A DNA stretch of 61,433 nucleotides, counting the filler, from Callorhinchus milii (taxonomy: Eukaryota), in assembly GCF_018977255.1 (NCBI RefSeq). It is 2 parts of 2 records of this genome, joined end to end, with 100 filler letters (N's around TTAATTAATTAA, not from the genome) between each part and the next. Parts side by side here need not be neighbours in the genome. Positions count along the whole stretch, not along the records: positions 30,774 to 61,433 come from NW_024705628.1; 1 more part is not named here. One strand, 5' to 3'. Below are positions 50,704 through 61,433 of this stretch, one piece after another; the stretch's first letter is position 1; each line of letters starts with the position of its first letter. The position numbers and the translations under genes were made by a program. A model generated the notes under the pieces. The model saw only the letters and a program-made list of their open reading frames with translations, searched no databases and had not been told where the DNA came from.

Positions 50704-52815
50704 ATGTCTAAGCACCTCAGAAAAAAGAACCTGCCCGTGCCTCTGTCGGAGGAAGAGGTCGAGACGGATGAAGATGAGCTATTGGGAGCTACAGCCCTGG
50801 TGCCGCCGGCTGACGGCGCCCGCCTCGACGCCTCTCAGCGTCGACCGGGAGAGGACGCGACCACCGCAGGACTGAGAGACGAATGGCGGCTGATGGCGGA
50901 GCAGATTGAGTCGTTGCGCGCGATTCTGCTCAGCCTGGTGACCGCGGTGGCATCCTCACCAGCCGTGGGTCGCCAGATCGCTGATCAGTTAGACGCCGCG
51001 GGAAAGGGTCCTGCTATGGAAGCAGGACCCGCCATTGCTCCTGCCACACGGATGGACGGCGTCGTCTTGGGAGAGGCGGCTGCGCCGGAGTCGCCGGCCG
51101 CCATTTTGGGCGCGCCTGCCACCACGCGGCCGCCGGACGCCATTTTGTCTGCACCGAGCGGAGAGCGGGAACGAGGGCCGGAGACGCCCGCGGCACGTGC
51201 CTGCCATCGCGGGCATCGCCTTCCGCAAATGAAAGAATTTATCGCCGGGGGCGATTGGAGTGCTTTCACGTGGCGTTTCGAGTCAGCTTTCAGATCTGTC
51301 AACTGGACGGAGGAAGAAGCGCTGGGAGCGCTGCCTACGCTGCTCGATGATGTGTCTCTAGGAGTCTTCCGCTCCATCCCGGCGTCCAAGAAGAAGACAC
51401 TGCGGGACGCGTTCACTGAAATGGCGGAATTTTACGACCCGCCGACATCGGCCACCAGAAAATTCATGTCGCGTCGCCGGGCACCGGAGGAATCGCCGTT
51501 GGCCTATCGGGGGGCATTGATGGCTATGGCCATGGCCGCCTACCCCGACGCGACGGCCGAGCATTTGGATCCTCTCATCCTTTCCCGCATGCTGGAGTTG
51601 TCTCAGGAGCTCAGCATCTCTCTACCGGTGTGCGGCCACGAACCGCTTTCGTCGCGGTGGGTGGCGCGCTGCCTGGACGCTAAGTTTAATATCAAGCGGT
51701 GGGACCAGATGGCGGCGTGGACGGGGAAACCTGAGATCGACGGGCCGCCTCTGGGGTGGTCTCCGCGACTGGTGGTCCACTGCTCCGACGACTCGGGCGA
51801 CGACGACATGCTGGCTGCTGCTGTCCCGCATAGAGTTCCGGGCCGGTGGCTGCGCGACCAACGGGGCGACTACACGGGCCGACCGCGAGCGAGGGCCGGG
51901 TCGTCCGACCGCCGGCCGACGTCGGCCGCGTGTTTCAAGTGCGGCAGACGGGGCCACTTCGCCCGTGACTGCCGCTGCCGACCTCTGCTGTCGCCTGCTC
52001 CGCCGAGGGGACCTCTATCTCCTCTACCTGTCGCGGAGCTGCAACAACCTCGGGCGAGTCGGCACAAATCGGACACCCGGCAGGTCGTGTCACATCACTC
52101 ATCCACTCGCACTCATTCTTACACTCCTCAGGGTAATTTTACTTCTCCTGCTCCATTGACACGCTCTGCTACTCAGTGGAAGAAATTGGCTCGCAGGGTG
52201 GTGGCCGCGGCATCGGGCTCGTCGACGGTACGTGGTACCATCGACGGCGTCGACGTCCGTATTTTGGTGGACACTGGCGCATCGGCTACCATCGTTTTGG
52301 ATGTCATTTTTCATTTGTTGTCCATTCCTGCGTCGAAGATACGCAAAGTTAATGATGCTTGTGTGGCCGCCAATGGGGGGAACATGGGTATCTGCGGACA
52401 GGTGGATGTGAGCATCACTATCGGAAATATTACCGCCGCAGGACCAGTGTTAATTTCTCGCTCGCTAGCTGTTCCATGCTTGTTGGGTACTGATTTTCTG
52501 CGTCGGATGCCGTTGCGGATACGGGTCGACCAGGACTGTTTGGAAATGCCGGGGGGTCGTAGGATGGCATTCCTGCCTTCCCTGCTGGCCAAAGCGCCTA
52601 CAGGTAACGCGGTTACTGCTGTAGTTGCAGCTACGGTGGAGGTTCCATCGGGAGCACAAATGCTTATCCCGCTACGTTACCGAAAACCACTCCAAGTGGG
52701 AAGGGATGCGAAAGGTGTGCTATTATCCCCGTCGAATTCCGTGTCGAAATCTTTTCTTTGGCGGCGGCACAAACGATTGTGCGCCCGGGTCAGGCACCTT
52801 TCATACAGGTCTTGA
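50704..52815 (+). CDS. gag: Gypsy Gag-protease
   Basis: 703 aa; CCHC knuckle CFKCGRRGHFARDC; aspartic protease LVDTGAS..LLGTDFL. Confidence 0.93.
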   Translation: MSKHLRKKNLPVPLSEEEVETDEDELLGATALVPPADGARLDASQRRPGEDATTAGLRDEWRLMAEQIESLRAILLSLVTAVASSPAVGRQIADQLDAAGKGPAMEAGPAIAPATRMDGVVLGEAAAPESPAAILGAPATTRPPDAILSAPSGERERGPETPAARACHRGHRLPQMKEFIAGGDWSAFTWRFESAFRSVNWTEEEALGALPTLLDDVSLGVFRSIPASKKKTLRDAFTEMAEFYDPPTSATRKFMSRRRAPEESPLAYRGALMAMAMAAYPDATAEHLDPLILSRMLELSQELSISLPVCGHEPLSSRWVARCLDAKFNIKRWDQMAAWTGKPEIDGPPLGWSPRLVVHCSDDSGDDDMLAAAVPHRVPGRWLRDQRGDYTGRPRARAGSSDRRPTSAACFKCGRRGHFARDCRCRPLLSPAPPRGPLSPLPVAELQQPRASRHKSDTRQVVSHHSSTRTHSYTPQGNFTSPAPLTRSATQWKKLARRVVAAASGSSTVRGTIDGVDVRILVDTGASATIVLDVIFHLLSIPASKIRKVNDACVAANGGNMGICGQVDVSITIGNITAAGPVLISRSLAVPCLLGTDFLRRMPLRIRVDQDCLEMPGGRRMAFLPSLLAKAPTGNAVTAVVAATVEVPSGAQMLIPLRYRKPLQVGRDAKGVLLSPSNSVSKSFLWRRHKRLCARVRHLSYRS

Positions 52816-55800
52816 ATGGGGGACCTGATCGAGTTGTTGTCCCGGAGGGATCGGTGCTGGCTCACGCCACTACCGATTTCGCCTCTTGTGAAAAACCGCC
52901 GCGCGCTCGGATGGCCGCGGTTGGGCCTCCGCATGATCGTTCACAAGAACGCTGGATCGCCGATTTATGCGGAGAGAATTCTTCCTTGTCAAATGAACAT
53001 AGGAACGCATTGCGTTCGCTGTTGCTGCAGTACACTGATGTGTTCAGCAAAAGTGATTTGGACCTCGGACGCACATCGCTTTTGTCGCACCATATTGAAA
53101 CGGGTGCGTCGCCGCCTGTCTGTATGCACCCTCACCGCTTGAGCCCGGCGGAAAGGGAACATGTGCGTGGCGCTGTAGATGAATTGCTGGCGGCGGATAT
53201 TATCTCACCATCCAATAGTCCGTGGGGCGCGCCCGTCGTTCTGGTTAAGAAAAAGGATGGTGGTACGAGGTTTTGTGTTGATTTCCGCCGGCTGAACAAA
53301 ATCTCGGTAGCGGACGCGTACCCCTTACCGAGGATGGATGACTCTTTGGATGCTTTATCGGGTGCTAAATTCTTTTCCACCCTCGACCTATCCTCGGGCT
53401 TTTGGCAGCTTCCCCTCGATGATGAGTCGAAACCCAAAACGGCATTCCGCACGCCGCAAGGCCTCTTTGAATTTAATCGGTTGCCGATGGGCCTGAACGC
53501 GGCTCCGGCCACGTTTCAGCGGCTCATGGAACTGGTATTGACCGGACTGCAGTGGGAAACGTGCCTCATATATCTGGACGATATAATTGTCTTCAGCCGC
53601 ACGTTCGAGGAACATCTCCTGCGTCTTGAGACAGTTTTTCAAAGGATGCGTGCGGCTGACCTTAAGTTTAAACCGAGGAAATGCCACCTCCTGCAACACT
53701 CCGTCCGTTACCTGGGTCATATTGTCAGTTCGGACGGCGTATCCACTGACCCTCTGAAAACGAAGTGTGTACGCGAGTGGCCCACACCCACTTCGGTGGG
53801 TGATGTCCGGCGGTTTATTGGATTCGCTTCTTATTATCGCCGCTTCGTTAAGAACTTTGCGACGTTGGCTAAACCATTACACGTTCTGACTGGCAAAAAT
53901 CAGAGGTTTAAATGGGGGACGGAGGAAGAAAGTTCCTTCATGGCACTTCGGGACCACCTCGCCACGGCGCCTACGTTAGATTACCCAGATTTTTCACAGC
54001 CGTTCATCCTTGATACGGACGCTAGTGATATCGGCATTGGGGCCGTTTTGTCGCAACGTAAGGACGGTGTTGAGAGGGTGGTGGCGTACGGCAGCAGGGT
54101 TCTATCCCCTGCGGAAACGCGATATTGCGTGACAAGGCGGGAACTTTTGGCCATTGTCCATTTTGTTCGATTATACCGACCGTACCTGTATGGACGGAAA
54201 TTCTTGGTCCGCACTGATCACGCGGCGTTGCAATATTCCCTCAAATTGGATCAGCCGTCAGGCCAATTGGCCCGGTGGTTGGAATCATTACAGGAATTTT
54301 CCTTCGATATAACATACCGAAAGGGGGCCCGTCATGCGAACGCTGATGCGCTCTCAAGGCTGCCGCCCGTTCCTCCGTGCACTTGCCTGAAGGGCACGCA
54401 CCGCTGCGCCGCACCGCCTACGTCGCCCTGCCCAGTTATGGGGGCGATAGCGAATGAGGACGACGCAGGGGCGAAAGCAAAAGAGGACGACCAGCAGGTG
54501 TCGGTGGACACCGATGATACCTTACGGCTGCCGCACGCAGTGTGGTTGCGCGAGCAGGAGGCCGATGCCTCGCTGTCTCCTCTACGTAAATTGATTGGAA
54601 AACAGAAATCGCAAGTGGCGGGCTGGAAGTGGCAGATGCTCCGGGGTAAGTCGGGATTGCTAATGTGTACCGACGGGGTGTCTGACCGACCACGCTTGGT
54701 GGTACCTACTTCGCTTCGCTACGACCTGCTCCGTGCTCTGCACGCTGATAAGTTGATGCATCTCGGCGTCCAAAAGACTGTTGCCGCAATGCAAAAGGAT
54801 TTTTTCTGGGCCGGTATGACGGCGGACATCAACGATTTCGTCCGCTCCTGCCATGACTGTGCGAAAAGGAAGCCGCCTCGGAACCACTATGTTCCACCGT
54901 TGCGTTCCATTGAAGTGTCCCGTATCAACGAATTAGTTGCTCTCGACATTCTGGGCCCGTTTCCCCCGTCGGCTAGGGGCAATAAATACCTTCTGGTCGG
55001 GGTGGAATATTTTTCTCGATGGCCGATGGCCTGGCCTCTGCCCGACCAAACGGCAGCGTCTATCACCGACGCTTTCTTGAACGGGTACGTCATGGATAAG
55101 GGAGCACCTGAAAGGCTGCTCACAGATCAGGGCCGAAATTTCTCCTCGAAATTGCTTAGGGAAGTTTGTGATGCACTAGGTACAAAGAAAGTTCGCACCT
55201 CCCCATACCATCCACAAACAGATGGTATGGTGGAACGATTCAACCGTACCCTTTCCGCTATGCTTTGTCACACGGTCAGTGAAAAGCAAACCGATTGGGA
55301 CTTGCACATACCAGGCGTCTTGGCGGCATACCGCATGGTTCCGCACACGTCCACGGGATACTCACCGTTTTTTTTTATGTATGGCCGTGAAAATGTTCCA
55401 CCCATCGATGTGCAACTGGGTACGCCGAGTAAACAACCGTCCCGCTCCCTGCCTGACCACGTGCGTGACTCGCTTGAACGGGTAACGGAGGCGCGAGAGG
55501 CTGCCCGGTGTGCGACGGCCCGTGCTCAGGCGAGGAACGAACGGTACGCGCGTCGATCGCATTCTCGCATGCCTTGGTCAGTGGGAGACCTGGCGTGGCT
55601 CCACTGCCCCCAGGTACCGGCGGGCACATCCCCTAAGCTGCACAGGCCATGGCGGGGGCCTGTGACGCTCGTGGATGTTCGGAACTTGCAGAGTATCCGT
55701 GTTCAATACGGCAAACGTCGTTGGTATGTTCATTCCTCACGACTAAAACCCTATGTTGACGCGCGTGTCGGTCCTTCATCCCCAATAGCTGACCTGCCGG

Positions 55801-56072
55801 GTTCTGCCGAGCCGACCACGCCGCTTGACATGCCCGTTGATCCCAAGGGGGACTGTGTTGTGCCTCCTGCAGATGAACAGGTTCTGAGGGCTGAGGAAGC
55901 CCCCGCTGCCCCCCCTCGAACGGGGCCCGCCCTGGACGTGACCGTGCACCAACAACCAACTTCTCCTTCAAGCCTGCCACCTCCTATTCGTCCGGAAGCG
56001 AAGCGACCTGGCGCTGGGAGCGGAGAGGGTCCCGCGTCGCGTACGCGGTCAAAGTCTCTTCCGTTTCGCTAA
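52758..56072 (+). CDS. pol: Gypsy Pol (RT, RNase H, integrase), in the -1 frame relative to gag-pro
   Basis: RFCVDFRRLN, LPMGL, YLDD; TDASD..RRELLA..RTDH; H-H-C-C zinc domain; TDQG..DGMVERFN; no internal stop. Confidence 0.96.
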   Translation: MAAAQTIVRPGQAPFIQVLNGGPDRVVVPEGSVLAHATTDFASCEKPPRARMAAVGPPHDRSQERWIADLCGENSSLSNEHRNALRSLLLQYTDVFSKSDLDLGRTSLLSHHIETGASPPVCMHPHRLSPAEREHVRGAVDELLAADIISPSNSPWGAPVVLVKKKDGGTRFCVDFRRLNKISVADAYPLPRMDDSLDALSGAKFFSTLDLSSGFWQLPLDDESKPKTAFRTPQGLFEFNRLPMGLNAAPATFQRLMELVLTGLQWETCLIYLDDIIVFSRTFEEHLLRLETVFQRMRAADLKFKPRKCHLLQHSVRYLGHIVSSDGVSTDPLKTKCVREWPTPTSVGDVRRFIGFASYYRRFVKNFATLAKPLHVLTGKNQRFKWGTEEESSFMALRDHLATAPTLDYPDFSQPFILDTDASDIGIGAVLSQRKDGVERVVAYGSRVLSPAETRYCVTRRELLAIVHFVRLYRPYLYGRKFLVRTDHAALQYSLKLDQPSGQLARWLESLQEFSFDITYRKGARHANADALSRLPPVPPCTCLKGTHRCAAPPTSPCPVMGAIANEDDAGAKAKEDDQQVSVDTDDTLRLPHAVWLREQEADASLSPLRKLIGKQKSQVAGWKWQMLRGKSGLLMCTDGVSDRPRLVVPTSLRYDLLRALHADKLMHLGVQKTVAAMQKDFFWAGMTADINDFVRSCHDCAKRKPPRNHYVPPLRSIEVSRINELVALDILGPFPPSARGNKYLLVGVEYFSRWPMAWPLPDQTAASITDAFLNGYVMDKGAPERLLTDQGRNFSSKLLREVCDALGTKKVRTSPYHPQTDGMVERFNRTLSAMLCHTVSEKQTDWDLHIPGVLAAYRMVPHTSTGYSPFFFMYGRENVPPIDVQLGTPSKQPSRSLPDHVRDSLERVTEAREAARCATARAQARNERYARRSHSRMPWSVGDLAWLHCPQVPAGTSPKLHRPWRGPVTLVDVRNLQSIRVQYGKRRWYVHSSRLKPYVDARVGPSSPIADLPGSAEPTTPLDMPVDPKGDCVVPPADEQVLRAEEAPAAPPRTGPALDVTVHQQPTSPSSLPPPIRPEAKRPGAGSGEGPASRTRSKSLPFR

Positions 56073-56298
56073 CGTTTGATCGTTTGCTTAGTTCCTGTCA
56101 TTACCGCGCTGCAGGGGCGCCCTAATGTATGTTGTGATTTTCTTAAAAATTGTTATGGGTGACTGTTTTATATGTTGTTAGGCGCGGGAACGCCTGTTCA
56201 CCCTCTGATTGTTAAACGCACCTTGGTGCCCTAATAAGATGTTACGGAATTGGTTCTTCACCCCTTTCCCAGCCGAGACGGCTCAATTTTTTTTCACC

Positions 56299-56317
56299 GG
56301 GGGGGGGGGGGGGGTGA
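56299..56317 (+). promoter_or_regulatory. Polypurine tract
   Basis: G run immediately 5' of the 3' LTR. Confidence 0.8.
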
Positions 56318-56793
56318 TGTAATAACAGCCATAGAGGGTTCACGTGGGGATTGGCTTGCCGGTCCTGCTCGTAGCCAATAAGGGTTGAGATTGGGACCAT
56401 GGCCCATGCGTCATCACGACAGGTCATCGGAAGTGATTGGCCTAGCCATTCGGGCCCCAGCGAATGGGGAGCCGGATGAGGGGCGTGGTCCCGGGATTGA
56501 CAGGGAACCATCGAGAATGGTGAGAGCTGTCCATACATGATTGGCTGGGGGAACCACGTGACGAGGGTCTTAAGAGCGAGCGAGAGGGAACGATCGGGGG
56601 CAGACTGAAAATAACAGAAGCAGGGTCACGTGCGGACGGGGCCTCGGGTTGCCACGTGCGCGAAGGGAACTTCGTGTGGAGTCTGTCCTCTCTCTCCGTT
56701 GTCTGCCAGCAACGGAGAGTGAGTGGGAGAAGTGTATGGTGGAGTGGAAATAAAAGGACTGATTCCGAAGCCGTCTCCTGGAAGATTATTACA
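56318..56793 (+). repeat. 3' LTR
   Basis: Direct repeat of 50184-50659, followed by CTTA. Confidence 0.97.
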
Positions 56794-57202
56794 CTTACAA
56801 AAATAGGGATTTTTGAACCCCGATTATATGAGGTACATGAGTGTAGCACACTCAGATGGAAAACCTCTTCAACATCATGTCAACGTCCGTTTTAAAGTAT
56901 CATTTCTACCTTGCTGCTAGACGGATAAACACAAATGTATATCTCAGTCTCTCCAACACACATGAGACAAAAACAGGCCTTCCAGTTTTACTCTTTCAAT
57001 CGTTCAGTTTCAGAGTGGCTGGTGTGCTGCCTCATTGAGGTCGTTTATGTAATTTTGGTTAATCACAACTAAGCTGAACTGTCGCTGAAGACATAAACTA
57101 TCACAATTAAACAATGAATGAGGCAGCAGTAGACCTGCAATTGCTGTGTGATGCAGCAAGGCACCATGGAATCTGGTGTGCAGGAGAGAGTGAACTATAA
57201 AG

Positions 57203-57773
57203 CAGGGGTTCCCAAACTTTACCATGACAAGGCCCCCCATATACCAGTAGATTCCAGCCAAGGCCCCCCTGACATGGGCCGTGCCACACTCTTTTTTCTG
57301 TGCACCTCCTTTCACAACTCGATGGAGTTGGTGCATCCCTAAACCCATCCAAGTACAACAGGAAGCATAGTAAGACATATACACTGTAAAGAGGAAAATG
57401 ATGACACAGTCACAGAAGATCCACCATTAGCCTTCCCTTTTCATATCATGCCCAAACAGCAGGCAGCGCATGGACATAGCGTGCTACCGTAGTCTAGGTC
57501 TGTGAGGCAGCGCACCACTGGGATATAAACAGTATATAATAAAATAATAACGAATATAGTAGTAATGTTCAGAGATGCAATAGATTATTATAGTGGAGTT
57601 CTTAACTAATGGGGATATTGTTTAGCTTATTTTTGGTTTAATTTGGTTTATTTTACTTATTTAATTTATTCAATTATTTTGTTTTGCTATACTTTTCATG
57701 CCAACTTGCCATGGCCCCCCTAGCACCCCCTCGCGGCACCCAGGGGTCCCCGTCCCCACTTTGAAAACCACTG
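57203..57773. mobile_element. Non-autonomous hAT (Charlie-like) MITE
   Basis: Perfect 8-bp TSD CTATAAAG (57195-57202, 57774-57781); imperfect TIRs CAGGGGTTCCCAAACT / ACTTTGAAAACCACTG. Confidence 0.92.
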
Positions 57774-58012
57774 CTATAAAGCATATGACTTCAGTTTCTT
57801 GAGGGAAAGGGCTTTCTTATGACTTTTGAAGCAGTGAAAATATTCTTAATATTGCATACACTGAAACTGAAATGTATTATCGTATACCGTAGTGTACAAT
57901 AGACAATGAATATTAACACAACAACATTGATATGAGTAAAGAGTAGTTTCAAATACAACGTGTGGCTATAAGAGATTTTCTGACATCTGTTTCATATTCT
58001 TTTCTGTTACAG

Positions 58013-58859
58013 GTATGAAGAATACCAGATGAACAAAAGCATCGTAGATGAACCACAACAGCCTTGAATCTCACAATTCCTGGACACTCGTGTAGGGCGT
58101 TACAGCATGAGCCACCCACAGCAGAAGGCCATCTCCAATGCGATACTGTCTGACTTGATTATTGATTGCAATTTTCCTCTATCTATTGTGGAAAATAAAA
58201 GCTTTCGTCACTTTCTGGCTGTGCTGGACAGCAAGTATACCCCAGTCTGTCGCCGAACGCTGACCACAAAAACAGAGAGCCTTGCTGAGGAGAGACGTTC
58301 AAAGTTAAAAACTCAATTGAGCAACACTGACCATGTTTCAGTCACTGTGGACATTTGGTCTGATCGAAAGATGAGGGGATTCCTTGGTGTCACTGTGCAC
58401 TGGATGGAGAGAGATGCAGAGAGGGTACAGCTAAAGACAAATCTCTTGGCCTGCAACCGCTTCAAAGGCTCTCACACAGCAGAGCGCATCTGTGACCAAT
58501 TTGAGGCAATATGTGATGAATACAACATCAAAGCTAAATTGGACTATATCATTAGTGACAATGCTGCTAACATGTGCAAGGCATTTACGGTCTGCTTCCC
58601 CAGCGAACAGGAGGAAGATGATGATGCTGGAGATAATCTTGATGATCCTGAGCTATGGCATGACTTAACCCTAGAAGACCAGCAAACCGTCGATGCTGCT
58701 ATGGCAAAGAAACAGCGCCTGCAGTGTTTTGCACACACATTGCAGCTGGTGGTGGGAGACGGTTTGAAAGAAACAAAAGCGGCATGTCCTTCTCTCTCCA
58801 AGTTATCAAAACTTAGCTCCCTGCTCCACACAAGCACAACGTTTAAAGACATATTCGAT
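58013..58859 (+). pseudogene. hAT transposase exon 2 (catalytic region), with a premature stop; truncated by the gap
   Basis: Acceptor ttttctgttacag|, in phase with exon 1 (KE-R-YEEY). TGA at 58065-58067. Then [43 protein letters not shown]. Confidence 0.92.
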
Positions 58860-58889
58860 NNNNNNNNNNNNNNNNNNNNNNNNNNNNNN
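58860..58889. other. Assembly gap (30 N)
   Basis: N run. Confidence 0.99.
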
Positions 58890-61327
58890 ACCGCCCCTTC
58901 CCAGGGCGTAATATCTTAGGCTGAGCTAGAGGCGTTCAAGGCTTCTGAATGTTCTTCGGAATCGCATAGGCGTAATCTGGCCAAAGCTCAGCGGCATAAC
59001 GTCTCAGAAGCCTCTCTTCAGCTGTTTACAGACCTGAGTCCTAATACCCTTTTGTCCGACGAGGATCTATAAGAAACGACGGCCCATAAAACTAGCGCTT
59101 TATGGTAGCTTCAGTCACTCCTACTGTTATGGCTAGAGGCATTCGAGTTATCGCTAGAGGGTCTAGGGACCTTACTCGCCGGGTATCGTACACACATACC
59201 TTCTATGGAAGCCAGAGTACGTACGCTATATCTTAACCTGCACATTGCATTAAAAAACATCACGGTACGTGAAAGGGGAACGTGGCACTGTTATTGCGTC
59301 GCCAAGGGTCATAAGGTTCAGGGCAAGACAAGAATTGATCTCAACAGAGACGCTACGGTGCCTATGACCTAATCGTTTAGTCTGAAAACCACATTCGACA
59401 AGGCGCATTAAATCGTACTTAGCCTCTATGTCTTCTCCGTGCAGCTGACATGGGTAACAGTTAAAGCTGCTAGCTGTGATTGGTCCAAGTCATAACGTTC
59501 ATGTGAAGCACGAGTGAGTAATTTAGCGAAGTGGAATGGTGGGGGCCCCGGCTACAAGCGGCAACAACGTGCCTTTCGTCTCGACAGTCATGAAAGCAGG
59601 AGCTAGGCCACAATCAACCCGTCTGCTACCTTATGTAATTTTTAAGTCGAGATACCGCTTAAAGTGTCCCTCGTATTGGCCGTAGGTTTGCATTGGTCCC
59701 ATTAAACGCCAACGCACACACTCTTGAGAAGATAAACATTGAGGGGTGGTTCATTAGGCCAGGTCGATGCATGCCCTCTCGACGAAGATGATAATAGAAA
59801 ACGCCCGGACTTGTCCTTCGTTGCTATGCACTCCAATACCGCAACAGGTCTGTCTATCGACGGTCGGCCATCCATGGTAAGCTTGGAACTGCTATCCGTT
59901 GAGGAGGCTAAACGTAGCTGTCGACCGTGCTATCCAATTATGCGACCCCTCCGGAAAAGTAATATCAGTGCTATGTCAGATTTGTAATGCGTGCCCAATA
60001 AAGGACGAAGAGAATCCTCGGTCGCAGTTCAAATTGAGCCAGACCTTCGAAAAAGGACGAATTAGCCACGTGGTCGCCCACAACCCCAATCTTTAGGAGA
60101 AAGTCTCTACGACGATTCGTGGTTATTATCGCGAGAAGCACTTGACCAACCTACTAATCGCAGGTGAGACAGAACAGGAGGATCCATATACAGAAACAGC
60201 TCCCGGAGCCTAGTACGCAAAAGACGCTGTCGCTGCCGTGGTTTAGTCTTTTACTGATAAATGGACCCGACCCGGGACCGTCGTACGAAAATACATATCT
60301 TAAGTGTGTCTTATAAATGTCACATAATGGCTAGGGTTGGCATCGTGAATGCATTACCCGGACCCCGGGGGTTAATTATAGCGACGATACCCTTGTACAT
60401 TTATACTGCCGATAAGTCCTCAAGTAACCTAACGCACACGGATGCAATGTAGATATCATCAAAGCCCCCATAACATACACTTCGTTATGCAGAGGGGCCT
60501 GGCCGCCAACGCACGCGCATAGTGCCAATATTCCTATGACAGCCGCCTCATTAAGTGGCGGATTCGTTCGCCAATTGGCGGGGCCCAATTCTGCTGAGAT
60601 CGATCAAGGGGGTGAACACGCATAGACTTCTCGTATCGTTAGACGACAAGGCACTCCAATGGAGATACTCTGCGAAGAAATCAGAGACTGTTCTGAAGAT
60701 CGATATACCTTCGTACCTTGGCAAGTATGTGTATACGAGACATGACTGTTATGTATCAGACTTTTACGGGCGATTGTAGAGCAAGGGCAGGACGAACAAA
60801 GTCGACGGATCGTACATTGGTAACGCGACATAGAGTCGATGTTACAAAGTTCCCCTCTGGGTATGCCAGTAGCTAGTATAAACCAAAGCTCACGTCTATT
60901 GTGGGTAATCGCTCTAAAAACGTACGACCTCACTCCCCGTTGCGGTTTCAACTCCCTCCGTACGCCTTGTATAGTAATAAGACCGGCAACGGGTGTTGCG
61001 GTTCTCTATCTTCTTAGAATCTGAGTATGAGGGGGTACGATGCACTGCTGACGGAAATTGGACAGTGGCTCCAGGATTGCCTATTACTACCCCAAGATTA
61101 GGCGACAAGGACATTACCAGAGTAGTCCGTGCTAGGAGCACAGTTACGGCATAGGCAAGCGTCTGTCTATTAGTGAGTGGGCAGGCACATCCGGACAAAT
61201 TAGTCTGCTGGCAGGAGGATCGGTTATAACCCTTTCATTCGATAAATCCCCTAGTATGTGAGCGTTGTAAAAGTCATGACAGCGTAGAACCTTGCGAAAT
61301 AACCTATCTTGACACAGCGAACGGGTT
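58890..61327. other. Featureless, random-looking sequence (possibly synthetic or foreign)
   Basis: By eye: near-uniform base use, abundant CpG and TpA, no simple repeats, no TE motifs, longest ORF 115 aa. Confidence 0.6.
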
Positions 61328-61433
61328 ATCGCTTCGCGACGAGGGGAGGGGGAGGGGTGAACGGGGGGCAAGGGGGTGACGTCACCATCGCTTCGCGACG
61401 AGGGGAGGGGGAGGGGTGAACGGGGGGCAAGGG
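61328..61433 (+). repeat. 59-bp G-rich tandem repeat (1.8 copies visible)
   Basis: atcgcttcgcgacgaggggagggggaggggtgaacggggggcaaggg at 61328 and 61387. Confidence 0.9.

Larger units (their letters stand above)
50184..56793 (+). mobile_element. Complete Ty3/Gypsy LTR retrotransposon
   Basis: Two 476-bp LTRs (TGT..ACA), 4-bp TSD CTTA, PBS, PPT, domain order gag-PR-RT-RH-IN. Confidence 0.98.
49507..58859 (+). mobile_element. hAT-superfamily transposon with BED-finger transposase; runs into the gap
   Basis: Starts CAGAGGTG with subterminal GACTCGAGTC/GACTTG repeats (49517-49680), followed by a two-exon transposase. Confidence 0.85.

Noticed and set aside
58107..58919. Domesticated ZBED host gene
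   Set aside because: A transposon end with subterminal repeats is present upstream, there is an in-frame stop at 58065, and the ORF's tail reads through Ns.
59739..61371. Short ORFs and repeated 8-10-mers (gctagagg, aaaggacgaa) in the terminal segment
   Set aside because: Lengths and counts are about what chance gives in 2.4 kb; no recognisable domains or regular spacing.

Overview
Eukaryotic, repeat-dense vertebrate-type DNA. The TE repertoire and GC-rich exon suggest a lamprey or other fish-like genome, but that is inference. Bases 1-30,673 are a 16-bp satellite (constant GCGCAAACA plus a ~7-nt variable word) organised into kb-scale higher-order repeats. It carries six copies of a tRNA-Ala-headed, Deu-domain-like SINE, five of them co-amplified at one junction; the hundreds of ORFs there are artefacts of a stop-poor monomer. 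After an artificial N-TTAATTAATTAA-N linker come GT-rich minisatellites with a dead RTE LINE and a SINE, one divergent PARG exon, solo LTRs, a Glu-rich 12-aa-repeat ORF interrupted by a 5-bp duplication, a degenerate telomere-like array, Helitron-like elements, Penelope-type minimal hammerhead ribozyme motifs and a full-length defective Tc1. Next is a nest: Helitron-like element > hAT/BED transposon whose intron holds a very young Gypsy LTR retrotransposon and a hAT MITE. The last ~2.4 kb after a second gap looks statistically random and may not be genomic. No prokaryotic system or CRISPR is supported. The best candidate for undescribed biology is the satellite-SINE composite array.
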